Assembly: GCF_902652985.1 (NCBI RefSeq)
Contig: NC_047015.1
Coordinates: forward strand, 41,478,001-41,542,000
Length of the DNA stretch: 64,000 nucleotides
DNA from: Pecten maximus
Taxonomy: Eukaryota
Direction: 5' to 3'
Positions within the stretch are counted from its first letter, which is position 1; the number at the start of each line of letters is the position of its first letter. Positions 36,593 to 51,465 of the stretch are shown here, piece by piece. Below the pieces are notes generated by a model. That model was not told the origin of the DNA and made no database searches. It saw only the letters and a list, made by a program, of their open reading frames with translations. A program made the translations under genes and the position numbers.

Positions 36593-39500
36593 GTGTAGTT
36601 TACTAGCTATACATTAACAGGTAGCAGTAAACAAACCACCGCTAACCATCGACAGTTTTAATCAATTAGTGGGACTAATTATCCCGAACAAGACATTATT
36701 CACCGTAAAGGAAAGTTAAAGTGTCAAGGTATTATTACAATACCAACAATGTACACACGCACAAGTACAAAATCAATCCTAAATGGTCAATTTAAAGGAA
36801 GCATGTTTACCCCCCACCATCACTAGCCGACAAGCAGGTAAATCACTTTCTCTGTTGGGGAGCTCTGCAAACAATTGTTTTGTTTTTCACAATTGTCCAC
36901 CAACATAGCAAGAACACAAAGGAAGGAGTCATCTGAACCAGCGAGACTTAAGTAAACCCAATCACCTTCACACATTATAAAATTCTACAGTACGTCTGGT
37001 GTATTGTTTCATTCATCAATTAACAGGTGTATCATACAAAGTATTGTTGCTTGACAGTAAGTGAGAGCCGACGTCCCAGGAGATAAATAAATCCCAATGA
37101 CAAATAGCTATACTATGTGAATGAAAAGCCGAGTATGGGTCTCCCATGAAGACGTTTCGGGTGTGATAATACAATTCACTTACAATAACTACATATATTA
37201 TATACAGCACAAATATTTTTGAAGAGAAAGGAATCATGATGAAATTTGTGTTGAAATATACGTGCCATTTGTTTCTCAGAAACCTGCCGATAATTCCAAA
37301 TCGTAAATTAAATCTTGGAAAAGATAGAGTGTGTGCTGAATAATAAAATACATATGTAAAACTGTATGATACAACAAAGACTTGTATGTCAGTGATGAAG
37401 TAAAGGACCAAAGTGTGGGAATCTAGAAGAGAAGCCATGTAATTAAAAATCGGACCTAATTTTTTGTTTGATGATATTAGCATCACTATTGAAATTCGTC
37501 TTTATGATGGATAATTCAAATTAGTATATTCTAATCGGGTACCAGTGTTTATAAGAATGAAATATGACATGCAGAGAAACAGCAACACTCGGGGAATAAA
37601 AAACAACGATCATTCTAAAGGCTGATAATTGTTTACAGAAGCCCTTCGCAACATGTGGTCGAAGTTAGACGTCTGAGAAGTGGAAAGACATATTGTGGTA
37701 GGAGAATCTGGTCTCTGTATCTACAAGGGGTATCGAGATTGACGTTTTGGTTCTCTGTGGTAGACACCACCTAAAGCCATTTTAGTAGCCTATCGAGTCT
37801 AACGCGTTCAACCACGCGTGCGGCGTCTAAACTGTCATCGCCTATGCGATATACCCCATTTGTCCCGTATAATCGATACAGGGACCGCCTTCACTGACAC
37901 AATTCCAAACCTACAGATGCACTTGCTGTCTACGTGGTGTCAGAAGTGACCCAATATAAGGTATGTCGCCGAGGATTATCCCGACACGCAAGCGATTATT
38001 CCAGGTAGTTGCCTATGTACATTTTGTACATATATGCGATGCATCAACCTTGAATATGTCGCTCAGGTGCAATAATTTAATCGTCCTGTCTTGTCGTACG
38101 TTCGGCATGCGTGAACGATCTGTCCTGGGACGGTCAGAAACTGACCCGATAGCACGTAAACGTGTATAGAAATTATTGTTTGTGTATCGGTGAACACCAA
38201 ACTAACGGGCGACAGCAGTTTAGCTGGATATCCATCAACAACACAATTGCTCTTCCCCATTGAATTTGTGCTTCACGTATGGAATCTACGATATTTTCTC
38301 ACAAAAATACCTTTTATTACCCTGTTTGGGTTAATTAAGCTTACAAAGTTGGACCATGACTTCGTCATATTTGGCTAATTTAAAGGTACGTGGTGGATAA
38401 ACCAGCTATCAATCTTATGACATAAAATTGTTACCATTTATCAAAGTAATCCAAGTACCCCAGTGTTAGAGCGTCTTACATTGCATATATCAATGAATTG
38501 GCAAGCAAGGATCATGTCGTTGTCTTGGCCAATACTAAAATGGTCGAAAGCATTTTTCTTTCAAGCGGCGGGTGAAGGAACCATCTGGAAACACTATATG
38601 ATATATGATAATCGAAGTTTCAAGAAAGAGATGACAATTTGTTTTTTTATAATGAAATTTGTTGAGATGAAATATTTTTGTCTTAATATTGTGTTTCTTA
38701 TTCATTGTGCAACATCAACCTACATATTTGAACTCGTAATTTAAAGCAAATAATACTTCTGAGAATATAAGATCATTTGACAGCAATCGTTTTTTAAAAA
38801 GTGAACCGTGTAAAACACTTCTGGTGAGGAACACTTAAGAGGCCATAGCACAGGTCCCTGGGAACTTTTGATTTTTATCAAGACCTACCTCATGTGTTGC
38901 CTCTAAGGTTGCTACTTGTTTTGGTCAAATTTGTTCGTAGTCGAAATTCCAATGTACCTGGAAATGCTCTTTCGTAGTCGAAATTCCATTGTTCCTTGAA
39001 ATGCTCTTTTAGGCCCATATACGCACAGTTGCCATTTCAATGTCCATAAGATGATAAAGTAGCCTACTTATATACGAATAGAGTCGGAAATGCGATGTAT
39101 ACCTTTTTATTACGCTGATACAAGGGCTAAAGTTGGTACGTCTTAACATGCAAATGTATTGCAACGGACAAGTTAGGTTTTCCTACATTAAGTGATTCAC
39201 AACCAAACCTTGGCAAATTGGATAAAATGTTACGCGATAATGAATAGAGAAAACGATTAGACTATAAGCTTATTTTCTACTGATGATCGTACGAGTTATG
39301 TCCCTTGTTGCACGTAAGTTGCTGGTACTATTAAAGCTAAATAGCCTATCTAGTGATATATGCCTAATTAATCACTACTCAAGTGCAATTTGACAGAAGA
39401 TTTTAATTTTAATTATGTTTACATACATGGTTAATAATGATAATGCATCTATTTTAACAATTCTACAATGAAATTGTATATGCATGTGTAGAGCAATAAC

Positions 39501-41225
39501 ATATGTTGAAAACTATATTAAGCATACACGTTTATAAATATCGTACGATTTTGAATTTAAATAAAATCAACCTTTCTATAAATAACATCTGTTCATCGAA
39601 AGACTTATTATTTTTTTTACAATATCACAGGAATATCGCCATAATGCGAATTGTATCGTCTGTTTACTTCCTTTGTTATATCTACCATGCGTGTATGAAT
39701 ACTTCCTTGGTGTTTTGTCATGTGTGTAGAAACAACAGTATTGTTGTGAAATTAGTTTCGCTAGCAAACATGATCAAGAAATGAAAAATAAATCAAGGGT
39801 ACAAGGATGACAAATCACTTAGAAGACAGGCGCTGGAAACTCAAAAAGATTGTACATCATGCACATCCCACCATCTTCACCATTACACGGACATTCAAGG
39901 ACATACAGGCTACTGGTGGGATAAGTAGACGTCAACGTCGCGCTACTCGCCTTGTCCTTCAGAAACACAGACTGGAGAACCAAACTATTGATATATTTAT
40001 CCTGTGCTTTATCACGTACATGTATGAATCAAAGACGTTTTCAACAATATGCGATTTTCGTGCATGTCTCCTCTCAACAAGGAAAATTTGTCATTGGTAC
40101 ATGTACAATGAGTTTTGCATTTATATCTTAATGTATTTTACTACAATGTGATAATATATTTATAGATTTGTTCCAACTGTGTACATTTATACATGTATTT
40201 GCATACCTGTTACAGTTTTCTGTGTATATTCGGTGGTTTCAATTTTGTCCGCCGTCTAACATTATATTATATAAATTCAAATTCAAAAAATATTTTATTA
40301 TTCCAAATATATACAAATACATGTTCAATATACATACAATCAATAAACCTAATTATATTAGAAAGGGCCTGTTTCCAAAATGGCCCCTTCTCTGATTCAA
40401 ATTTCCTGTTGGTGGTGCATTGCCCATGCCGTTGTGGTCACAAATCTATAAAGTATAAAGATTTAGGTCACTTGGTTTGTTTTTTATGGTTCCTCAAAGT
40501 TGTACCTTTCAGAAGCTGTCTAAGTGTTGATAAAATGTGCATGTTATGTAAAATGTTAATGAAAATCTAATCAAATTATGGTCACCGTAAAGAATACGTT
40601 CATGGCATGATTGTGACAAGAAATCATGTTTCCATCGCGCCATTTGGCTGTTTTATGGAAGAAACAATCTCAAAAATGCCATTTTCGATGATAACATTTT
40701 AGACACAAAAACTGTGTTTTTTAGAGAATACGCCCTTTTATGGGCGTTGGATGCAAACCAATTTTTATCCTATTAAACAGTACTTAATATGCTATTGATG
40801 AGAGGAAAAATCATCAATATGTAAGTGGTGGAACATTTTCAAATCTTGGGTTGAATTAGCCTATGGTTGAATTGCCGATTTTCCACTTTCTTTAGATAAT
40901 TAACAAAAACACGAGAGTATTTGCTCGGTATGTTGAGAATATGTACACAGATATGAAAAAAAGTGAGAGAAACACTTTTTCATAAAAAAAATCCAAGATG
41001 GCTACTTCACAAGTCCCCGTGGTTGAAGACATTGGCTGACAAATAGGCAGAACACCAAACAAAACTAGATCAAGATCAAAACACAGGATTTCCAACTAGA
41101 AAATGATCGCAGACATGTTCTCGTTCTGACGAACGCTTTTGTACGTTTTACCTACGATTTCTCTTCGTTTTCTCTTCGCTTCCCTTCTTTAACCGATCAG
41201 TTGACTTTCAACCCTCTCTGTGACC

Positions 41226-41410
41226 TTAATATAGGTTGATTTCTTGAGATAAATCTATATCGCCACATAAAAGTATATGAAAATTAATAAATCCCACACG
41301 ATTGTATATAGAAGTGATATGATGCCTAAAGGTAGAATATAGTGGGCACTGGAAGAAAAAATGAACCAAATTTTCAAAGTCTGCTCCACAAATGCATGAG
41401 CCATCAAGAT
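41226..41410 (-). mobile_element. Short CR1-type LINE fragment (ORF2 C-terminus)
   Basis: SCICGADFENLVHFFFQCPLY...ILLCGDIDLSQEIN is the same motif type as CACGAPGEEDTKHFFFQCPLY in the LINE at about 57900-57970. Confidence 0.75.
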
Positions 41411-42318
41411 CTATAAACATAATGTAAGATTCCAATAGTGTTATTCCTATCAAAATATATGATATTATATTAACATGTAATATTCTATGATTATAATAGT
41501 GATATTCCAAACTGCGTAACTTTAAATTAGCATACATGTACATGTCTAATGTCTATATATAATTAAGATTCTAATGGTGTTATTCCTATAAAAATGTGTA
41601 AATTTACATTAAAGTATATATACATGTAATTGTAGTTCTCAAATTATAATAAAGATTCTGATAACGTTGTTTTCAAATTATGAAAAGATATATTTACTTG
41701 CAGAATTCTAATGTTCTTACTTTTTGTATAACCTATCCATAGCAATATGTGATTAATACTATACTATAGAATTGATAAAATCTATATGCTAGTGTCTTGG
41801 TTTTCTTTAGTTGTCAAATGATTTCTACAGGTAAAATACAGGTAAAATATCTCGGGTAAATACAGAACATGTATGAAACAGACTATAATTACCCTCCCTT
41901 TGATGGTTCTGCCTATTGTTCTAAATATGCAGGCGTTCGGGGAACACACCACCTTAACAACCATCTGTACAAGGAGAAAAGGCTCGCTAAAGTGCTTAAA
42001 CCACTAACAAAACCAAAAACAAAATTACCCAAGACAATTATTGTTAGATTGGTTGTCCCCATACGTCTTTACATAGATTGTATTAAAACCACTAGGCCAT
42101 GAACCTAACTAAAGAAGGGAGAACGAAACTTTACATATATACATGTATATAGCTAAATCATTGAACCATATAGGGGTATAGGCTGTAGTATACACAGCGA
42201 CACGAGCCGACCAATACATCATACACAATATAGATTTTACTGTCAGACGTATGCATCTGTTGCCATGCTGTAGTGGTGAAGGACACATTATATCAAAATA
42301 TATATGCTGTAGCTGACC

Positions 42319-45300
42319 ATGACAGGTAGGTGATTTTGAATTAACAAGTAGCTTATAACTATCAATTTCGTTAGTGAGCATGTGCTGGTACCTTCGTTGA
42401 AAGTTAACTCACCACACACCATTGATTTAGCATGAGTTTTATATTTATTGTATAACGACAACTATTTTAAAAGTTTGCATTTACTATTGTATGTTAAATA
42501 TACATTATATACATGTAGGAGAGACTACCCCTGGCACAGGATATACTGTTAATCTTCAATAGACCACCACGAACGAAATGGTTTCAGGGCTTATCCACAA
42601 GTGATTTCGATAACCAGTTTATATCACTATGGATAGAATGTCACACTTGAGTGATTCCTCTTAGTTACAACTGTTGCCATTGACGTATGGCTGTTTTTTT
42701 AAGATGTGTGAAATAATTAGCTACCGATAGACGTTTCACTTACTGTGTATTAACTGTGTACATACTGTATACTATGGTGATTGAACTAAAGTGATTTCTC
42801 CTTCCGTTTAAACCATTTAAATATTATTTGGTGAGAAATGAAGCATACGTGTATGTTCATTTGATCATCCATAGCTTGAAAACTCTAATTACAGTATTTG
42901 GATGCTTATTTACCAGATATGTGAAATGTTATCTTAACTTTTCATCTTTATTTTTCATTTCCGATGTTAACCTGCTGTTAATGTTTCAGTTAAAACTTGT
43001 TCGATTTTTCGTTGGTTTATTTTACTATAACTAAATGCGTATAAGACGACAGGAGTAATCATAGTATAAGAAGAATGTTATCAATATTCTTAAAGTTAGA
43101 TATTTGCTACCCGTTACCTAGCCATTAGATGGCAAATAAAACACCAATGTCACCATTATTATGTATATTATCCTAGATATTATCGAGTATAAATTTATTC
43201 CGTAATTGAGATTGTCATTGAAAATATATTTATCTACAATGAGGATCAAATTAGAAACTGATCAGATATCATAGTGTTCAATTATTTCAATGTCATTGCC
43301 TATTGAAGGACATGCAATGTAAATCTAAAGAGGACAAGAGTAACAGAATAGTATATCAACGCTGGTACATTGGCAACAGCGTACATACACTGGTTTTCAC
43401 ACTGGATTTCACGAAAATATTGGACCCGTGGTGTTGATAAAAAAAGTCCTAAAATGATCGTTTAGAGTTATAAACGAAATAAAGAGGCAGAATCCGTTAG
43501 ATATTTGCCGGGAATCAGAAACTCACATTTTTCGAAGGTAGCTATATATATCGTAGGTAGCTTTTCGTAATGTATACACATAAACAATAGCCTATTACAG
43601 TGATATTCACTTCTGTGTGGCAGATCATACACCTTACCCTTAAAATGAAATGCATAATGACAACAAATTATTTTGCAGGACAATGGCGGGCGGTTGTGTT
43701 GTTTTTCAACAGTTTTATGGTGCTTGGGACTATTTTTGTCGTGGACACGCCGACTGCGCTACAACACGAGGTTATCAACAGTCCAGTAAGTCTGTTTATG
43801 TATTCCACCGATGTTCACCATGTCCATCAACTTTTAGATATATCCTAGACAGATCAAGCATGTTCTCCAACTGCCGTCAGAAAAAGCTTTATCTCAAGTC
43901 GATCAGTTACCTCTTAATAACACGAATACAAAACTAGTGGCCAATGAGACTGAGCTGAGTTCCATCGGACAATGTATGCCGTATGTGGGAAAGGTTTCAA
44001 CAATATTGCAAGAAAATGACAAGACAAAGTAAACCTTTAAAATGTGTTTGTTTATTTTTGCTCTGACGATATGATTTAACCTATCGTTGTGCTCAATTTC
44101 GCAGGATATCACAAGTGCTGGAGGTAATTCAAGCAATACAACATCAGATAATGGTTGCAAGGTGTGTCTAGGTTTAGGAGCGGTCCGGTATAACCTCTTG
44201 CACTCCTCACTACGATGGACGTAAGCACACATAATCCAAGATTATCTTAAACTTTCCTACGCTTTAATCCATGTCGAGGGATATTACGCATGTGCGAAAG
44301 GATATTCCATCCTTCATTTCGTGCACGTTATTAACATCAATTTAGAGTTGATCTAAACTCACGGTTGAGTAACAAATGTCTAATATAATTTTCCAGGTCA
44401 GCGATCCTGAGTCTACCCGTTGGCTATCTGATAGATAGACTCGGCAATGGTCGTAAGTATCATTTGGACCTATACACGACAGTTCACAGTAATTCACGAT
44501 TAAAATATTTTTATTGGAGGAGATAACACTATAACGTCAAACATATTTAGTAGTTCTAAGAAAGATAAACATTGTGGCAGGTATTCCTTTCCTTCCCCAC
44601 TATTTATTTATCAAGATCGTGTCCTATGTTTCTTGCAAAACATTTATTTTACAAAGCGCTATTGTCATTGATTGTTTTTTTAGGTCGGCAGAATATAATT
44701 TAATCTTGCTCGGTACAATAATTTTCATTAGCTTTAAAATGTTTTCGGCCCATAATGTGAGAGATTACGTTGCCTTTGGTAACATCGCTTTTGATTGGAT
44801 AATAAAGCTGCGTAATAATTTCTAAGAGAAAAGAGTCCATCAATAAAAGTGGATTTTTCACAGAAATTGTGTATAGTAAATTGAAATAGAACACTTAACT
44901 TGAATATGTGTTTATGTTACGGAGCAACCACCCCCCCCCCCCAAAAAAAAACCAAAAAAAACCCCAAAAAAACAAAACAGACAGTCGAGGTGTATTTTAC
45001 ATGGAGTATCGGTAGCTAGCTGTACACTCCGTGTTTTTTTTATAACATCAAAATTAAAGATATATATTCAGGAGATTATTAACATGTATTTTTATATAAA
45101 AAATAATCATTTTTGGTACGTGTCAAGAAGGATTGTATCACCCCGTTATCTTATAATGTTGAATGATGTTATATACGAATGATATGTCACGCTCCATGAT
45201 GCCTGACTCTTTATTTCGCAGGTTCGGCTATCCTGTTGGCTTCGCTCCCATTCCTAGGGTCGGTCCTGTTCGCCGCGAGTGCTGTGTCACATACTCCAAT

Positions 45301-48300
45301 AACTCTGGCCATGTATATAGTGATGGTGATAGGGAGGATTCTACTGGCGTTTGGTGAAACTCCTCTCTGTTGTGAGTAGTGCTGTAACCAGAGGAGATAA
45401 TGTTAATAATTAACAAATACAATAAGATTGACACGTGTTCCTTCGGCTCACAATCAATAAGATGAGGAAAAACAACAAAACAAAAAACTACGTTAAGAAC
45501 ATAATATGAGCCGCTATTTCAAAAGGATTAGTGTTTTCTCTATCTTTACTAACATCCGCAATGGGATGAAGGCACACAAAAAACTTAAAATCAAATTTGA
45601 CGTAGACAGTTTATACAATTACATCATTAAATATTATACATTATATAAAATAGATAAAGTGATTATAAAAACAACATCCGTGACAATGATAACACTGTGT
45701 AACCCTATTGCTGGATTGTTTATTGATATATACTTTAAAAAATCATCACTATATATCCTGGCCTTTGAGCGACTACAGCGTTTCTAGAGGGGAATTCTTG
45801 TACTCCCCTACATCCCTTACGGTAACAATGTTACATTTTAGATAATTTAAACCTTTCCTTTTTATATCTCCTTACTTTTGGCACCTCTCATAAGCAAGAG
45901 TCTAAGAAGAATCGACGACACAGCTGTATGATGCAATTTTATTGATTTTTCAGTATAATTGTTATGCTGTTCATTTTACTAAATTCATTTTAAAAAAATA
46001 GTCAGCAAAAACTGTGTTGTACGATCATCTACGTTTGTTTCTAGTTGTCCAGGGTCGAGTTGTCGCCCATTGGTTCTCAGAAGAATCCCTTTTGCCCCTA
46101 TCCTTCATAATACTTAGTCAACGTGGAGGCTCGATGCTTACATTCTTCGTCTCAGCAACTATTGCGGATAAACTTGGATTTGGAGTCGCAATATGGAGTG
46201 GTAGGTCATAATATTGTTTTGATGGTATAAACACGGAAGATATCAGTTAATTTATCTAAAAATCTGAAATATATCGCATTGTTATCTTAATGATTAGCGA
46301 TGTTTTATTGGCGGCAGATAACAGGAATATTTACCTAACTAATTGAAATATATCACATTTTATATAAACGATTCCCGATGATACAATCACGAGAGATATT
46401 TGTAAACGTTATTTAAGAAACAGAAATACTGTCTGTCACATTTTTATGTAAACGATTTTTAATCTTGTAATCACGACATATATTTGTAAAATATATCTAA
46501 ATTAGCTGATATATTATCATAATTTTATGTAAACGATTTTCAAAGTGGTTTTAATATGACCAGGAACATGTCTTTGTGGACTGGGTGTTGTATCAGCGAT
46601 CTTTCTAGCGTTGACTCTCCGGAAAGTCCAGACGAATCAGAACTCTCAGAAAACCGATATAAATTATACCGTAAGTGGACAATTTATATAACGTACATAC
46701 TTTTCAATGTTATTCAGCAGCCTTTCTGTTTGCTTTGATCTCTCCGCTATTAATATACCTCCCATTGAATTTGCTAGAATCTTGAGAATATTATACGTAT
46801 TGTACGTACATTAAAGTCTTGTTTTATCTTAAATACCTAATAAAGCAACCAGATAAAATGAGATAGATACACATTGATTAAATTGTGCCGTAATCCTACT
46901 AAGTGAAGTAAATTGCATAATCTTATCTATACTATATTCTTTGGTACTTGCAGACGTTAGCCGATATAAAGGCCGTCCCTAGAACATTTTGGGTGCATGT
47001 ATGCATGATTGCTTTGTTATATGGACAAATAATAAGTTTTCATGCAAACTTACCGTAAGTACTCCGTCTGCATAACCAAAACATCTCATGCTCATATTTA
47101 TGAATACATGTACTGTTACCTTATTCAATTCTTGTTATATCATCACGTGTGGCAACTTCTGTTCAAATGGTTCTGGATACCAATCCGATTACTCACACTA
47201 TTGTCTGATTAGCAAACCATATCATGGTATAGAAAAAAACACACGAATAACGTACTAGTAATACTTTTTTGTTTACACAATTTCCTGCAAGATAAAAACA
47301 TATAGCCCCTTTAATTGACACACATGCAAATTCCTTCACTTGAATGTTTTGCAAGTGATTTTTTTCATATGAAATTCACATGACAATTTCCATGTGAATT
47401 TCATGTGGAATTTTGTCGGTGTAGATTACTCCTGAAAAATTGTTTCTCTTTTGTTTATGATGATTTATGGGTCAGTTGTTATCTGTATATACTTTCAATA
47501 CAATGCTTACAGTTTATATGAATATTTGTAAAGTTAAATATCAACTTATCCGAAGGTAGCATTACCTTAGAAAAGATATAACAGTAATATTTTGGATAAA
47601 CACTACTAATATCTTATCTGATTTTCAGGCACAGAATTTTATAAAACGCACCCGAGTTAAGAAGTTTTCATGATACTTGTATAAGTAATATACTTAAGCA
47701 TTTACACTTTCTGAGTGTTAGTGTCAGTTGGAAGTGAAACCAAATGACATACTTACGTTAACATCGTTGGATTTATCTCCCTTCTCAATAATTTTTTTAA
47801 CATATTCGTTATGAAATATATCCTTTTATAAATCCTCAAAAATAGTTCGCTATATTGACACTAACATAACGCAGCCTTCTAACCCACGCGCATTCACCAC
47901 CTGCATGTGTCTCGCACACAGGAAAGGTCGCCCATAAAATAAACATAGTACAGTGTATTGATACATGAATGATGTTAAACATCTTTCTCCAGTAGTGGCG
48001 CTTGTAAGTTAAAAGAACTTATTGATTGTCATTCGCTTTGATCATGAATATATATATACATATATATACAAAACTGTAGGTATATTTTTTCAATCAAAAT
48101 GAAACCCTGTGGGTATAAGTCATTGTAATTTTGTACTAATTAATTAGCTTATAATATCTAGGGAACCTGTACCTAAACCTGGTTTAAATAGTTCGTTCAG
48201 GATATGTACCAATGAACAGGTATGTCTGAGGAGTTTGTTATCTTTATTACAGTGAATATCTACTGTTACAATACGGATTCTCTGCAACAACTTCATCCTA

Positions 48301-48529
48301 CATCACCGGTTGTGCCATATTACCTTTCCTTGCGGGTCCTCTCGTTGCTATTGCCTTGGTACGTGGCCTTTATATCATTTATCCCAATTGTAATATTTGT
48401 TATATTTTTAATTTGGGTCGTCAACATGCATTAAATCAGTCAATATTGGTTTTTGCTATATATTCAAACCCCGGTATGTTAAAATTTTGTTCATATGGCG
48501 GCGAAAGTCAAAACAAATAACCGGAAAAG

Positions 48530-48565
<36 letters not shown>

Positions 48566-51465
48566 TAACAGACTATGTTTTCCTGTTAATTTGACCAGGA
48601 ATTTGTAAAAAAATGTATTCGATAGTTACATATTTAATCTATGAAAATCATAGTAATTTGGTCATAAGATAACTTCTTAATCGATTTCATAGGGAAACCC
48701 CCTCCCCCCCAAAAACAAACAGGGATTGGTAATCGTTTTGACTCAAATGATGTGATAAATAGACGCGAAAAAAGTTACATTGGAATGCAAATTTTGCAAA
48801 ATGTAAGAAAAAGCAGCTTTGATGAAAAATATGAGCCAAAACAATTTATTCTACACTGTTCAAAAGAAATGTTATTGAAGAGTATAACAGGAGTTAACGA
48901 GCAATGTTGATATTTTGTGAACATTGATATATTTAAACATTAAAAAAAACCTATTAAATTTCAACAATGTAAAAAATATCAATGCTTACATTTTCAGAGT
49001 AAAACTCATTGCATTGGAGTTTTAGTGACTTGTGCAGCAGCAGTAATTATACCGTTGCTCGCTTTATTAGGATTTTGTCCATCCGTTCATCCACTTATTC
49101 TTACAATTAGTTTTGGACTCGCAAATTGTGTTACTGAGGTAAGTCTTATTTCAAAGTTCACCTACACAACTAATGAATTAATGAAAATATATAAATGAAA
49201 ATAAATAAAAATTGACATATTTAAAATGGTAAAATAAATTAATAAAAATCGTGTTAACAACATGTCATTTCTCCGGTGCACTCTTATAAAACAAATGTAC
49301 AACTGTATAAAATGATAATTTATTATGATTTCAGCTGGGTATGTGGCAAGTAGCGGTATTATTGGTGCCTAGTTCTTGTTTTGGAACTGTAACAGGGATT
49401 ATGTACTTCGGACGGAAACATCGTCGTAGGACTTACTTTACTTCTGGACGGATATTTACTACAGAAATACAACATGTACGTATATTAGCCGATCGGAAGA
49501 TGTTTATTTACATTGCTACATATTTCTAATGCAAATTCAACTCATTAAAGGGTAAATTTAGAAACCTAGAATATTTTGAAAGCAGTTGAACCGAACTCAA
49601 CATAATAGTTTCATCAGTCAATTATCAGGATTACATGTAGTAATGACCAATCAGATATCAGGTTAACATGTAATAATGACCAATCAGATATCAGAATTAT
49701 ATGTAATAATGACCAATCAGATATCAGGATTGCGGGCGGATTTTAGACATCTGCCTTTTTCTGTTCAGATGCAATAGAAGGGAATAGATAATGCAGTTGC
49801 TTTACTAGACTTTAACCAAATACACTTACCTTTTTACTTGAATATACATGTTATATGAATCTAATAAGCAAAATATAAAGGGCTACTCCAACAATGCTGG
49901 AATTATGTTGAGCTGGCCATCCAAAATGGCACTCTCTTATCATCAAGAAGACTATCATTACCTATAAGATTACGCTTCTGATCCCCATGCTCATTGTTTC
50001 TAACGACGCACAAATGTCTCATTGATTTAAAATGTAATAAGTAACAAAATTTGTGTTTTTGTTCACAATCATACATATTGTGAGATTGGGAAGGATATCT
50101 ATATAAAAGGTGATATAACACAATCAATAACGTTATTCAATGACGAATATACCTAGTCTGATTTATACCATCATTTCCGTGAACTGAGAACAATTGTTCG
50201 TATATTATAACAATGATTTAAATTTAACAGACGGGGAAATGAACACCCATTAGAGGGATATCATGATTTCTTCCTGGCGTTGGTAATCCTGACGTCACTG
50301 TCTGTCCTCTGTGGTATACTACTGAACGTTCTGGATATTAGAGACGTAAGTATCCGATGAAATGGTAATTCATCAATTAGTATATAGTCTTGTAAGTCAA
50401 ATTCTATTACAACACAGCCGAGTCATCAACTTTCACTTTGATCATAACATAAATAATGAAATACAAGGATGTAATGGGTTGTAGTATCGTTTGTTTAACA
50501 TAAATATTTGTAGAACAATACACTAGTTGCTGTCGGTTATCAATGTGTTGCGGGGCAAAAGACTAACTGATTTGAGATAAACACATTAATATCAACCGTA
50601 TTCGGAACACACTTTCTGATTTTCGATGTGGAACAAGATATGTATAAAGAGTAGTAATTCAAAATTTTAGTGCCCCGTCGTAAAATGGATGGGAGTTTTG
50701 GATGGGGTGGGATGGGGGGCTGGGGTGTTACCATCAGCCGTGCTGTCCTGTCCCATCCCGTCTTGTCCCGATGTAATGTGAACTAGCTATTCTGAGGAAC
50801 TACTGATGCTACCCTCACCAAACTGTGGTTCGGGGTGTCAAGTGGCAGCAAGTATTTATATGTATGTCTTGCATATATTTTCTACTTATTTTATAAACTA
50901 AATGAGTAACATATTAAGAGGGATAGGAAGTAATTGCAAATAAATAATGTATTCATTGATAAAGGGGGCCACAGCATAACTACAAATGGAATGAAATTGA
51001 CAGCATCCTTACCAGTTGCATAAAATACAAATGACTATTAGTGACATGAGTAAGACAAAATTGCATCGATACATTTACGGAGCTTTTGTAAATGAGATGA
51101 AAGGGATAGTGAAAATATATAAATTTCTGAAAACATTACTTTTATTTATAAGGTGAAAAACGCTTATTATGGCCACAATGTTAAAATAAAAAAGAATAGT
51201 CCTTAAATGATGATGACGTTATATTCGATATTTTTTTCTGATTTTGTATGTTTCTTGTATTACACAGACATGTGCAATAAACCAACTTATAGGGAGGTGG
51301 AAATACAAGACTGGCGAAAACATAAAGTTATTGCAGACAGGTGAAAATACAGAGAGGACAAATAAGGATACACCTGGACCTCACGTCACGAATACAGAAC
51401 AAGAGGAGGCTGAAAATATAACTGGACAGGAGGGACAAGAAACGTTAAAAATAATAAACGGCTAA
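42319..51465 (+). CDS. MFSD1: MFSD1-like major facilitator superfamily transporter, 13 coding exons, about 499 aa if one frameshift is corrected
   Basis: Exons (+): 42319-42325 (candidate ATG microexon), 43679-43785, 44105-44220, 44397-44452, 45222-45371, 46045-46200, 46564-46670, 46954-47054, 48253-48358, 48998-49138, 49335-49475, 50231-50345, 51268-51465. All are GT-AG and phase-compatible except for one extra A at 49416-49418. Motifs: WRAVVLFFNSFMVLGTIFVVDTPTALQ, CLGLGAVRYNLL, GYLIDRLG (MFS motif A), MVIGRILLAFGE, QGRVVAHWF, HPLILTI, LLVPSSCFGTVTGI. About 12 hydrophobic segments. AATAAA at about 51597. It may be a paralog rather than the true ortholog. Confidence 0.85.
48530..48562. repeat. 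Poly-C tract (33 nt) in a transporter intron
   Basis: Uninterrupted C run. Confidence 0.95.
49620..49731. repeat. Minisatellite, 33-bp unit, about 3.5 copies
   Basis: GACCAATCAGATATCAG at 49645, 49678 and 49711. Confidence 0.9.

Noticed and set aside
40362-40862. Possible non-autonomous DNA transposon
   Set aside because: The composition is repeat-like, but convincing TIRs or a TSD could not be paired.
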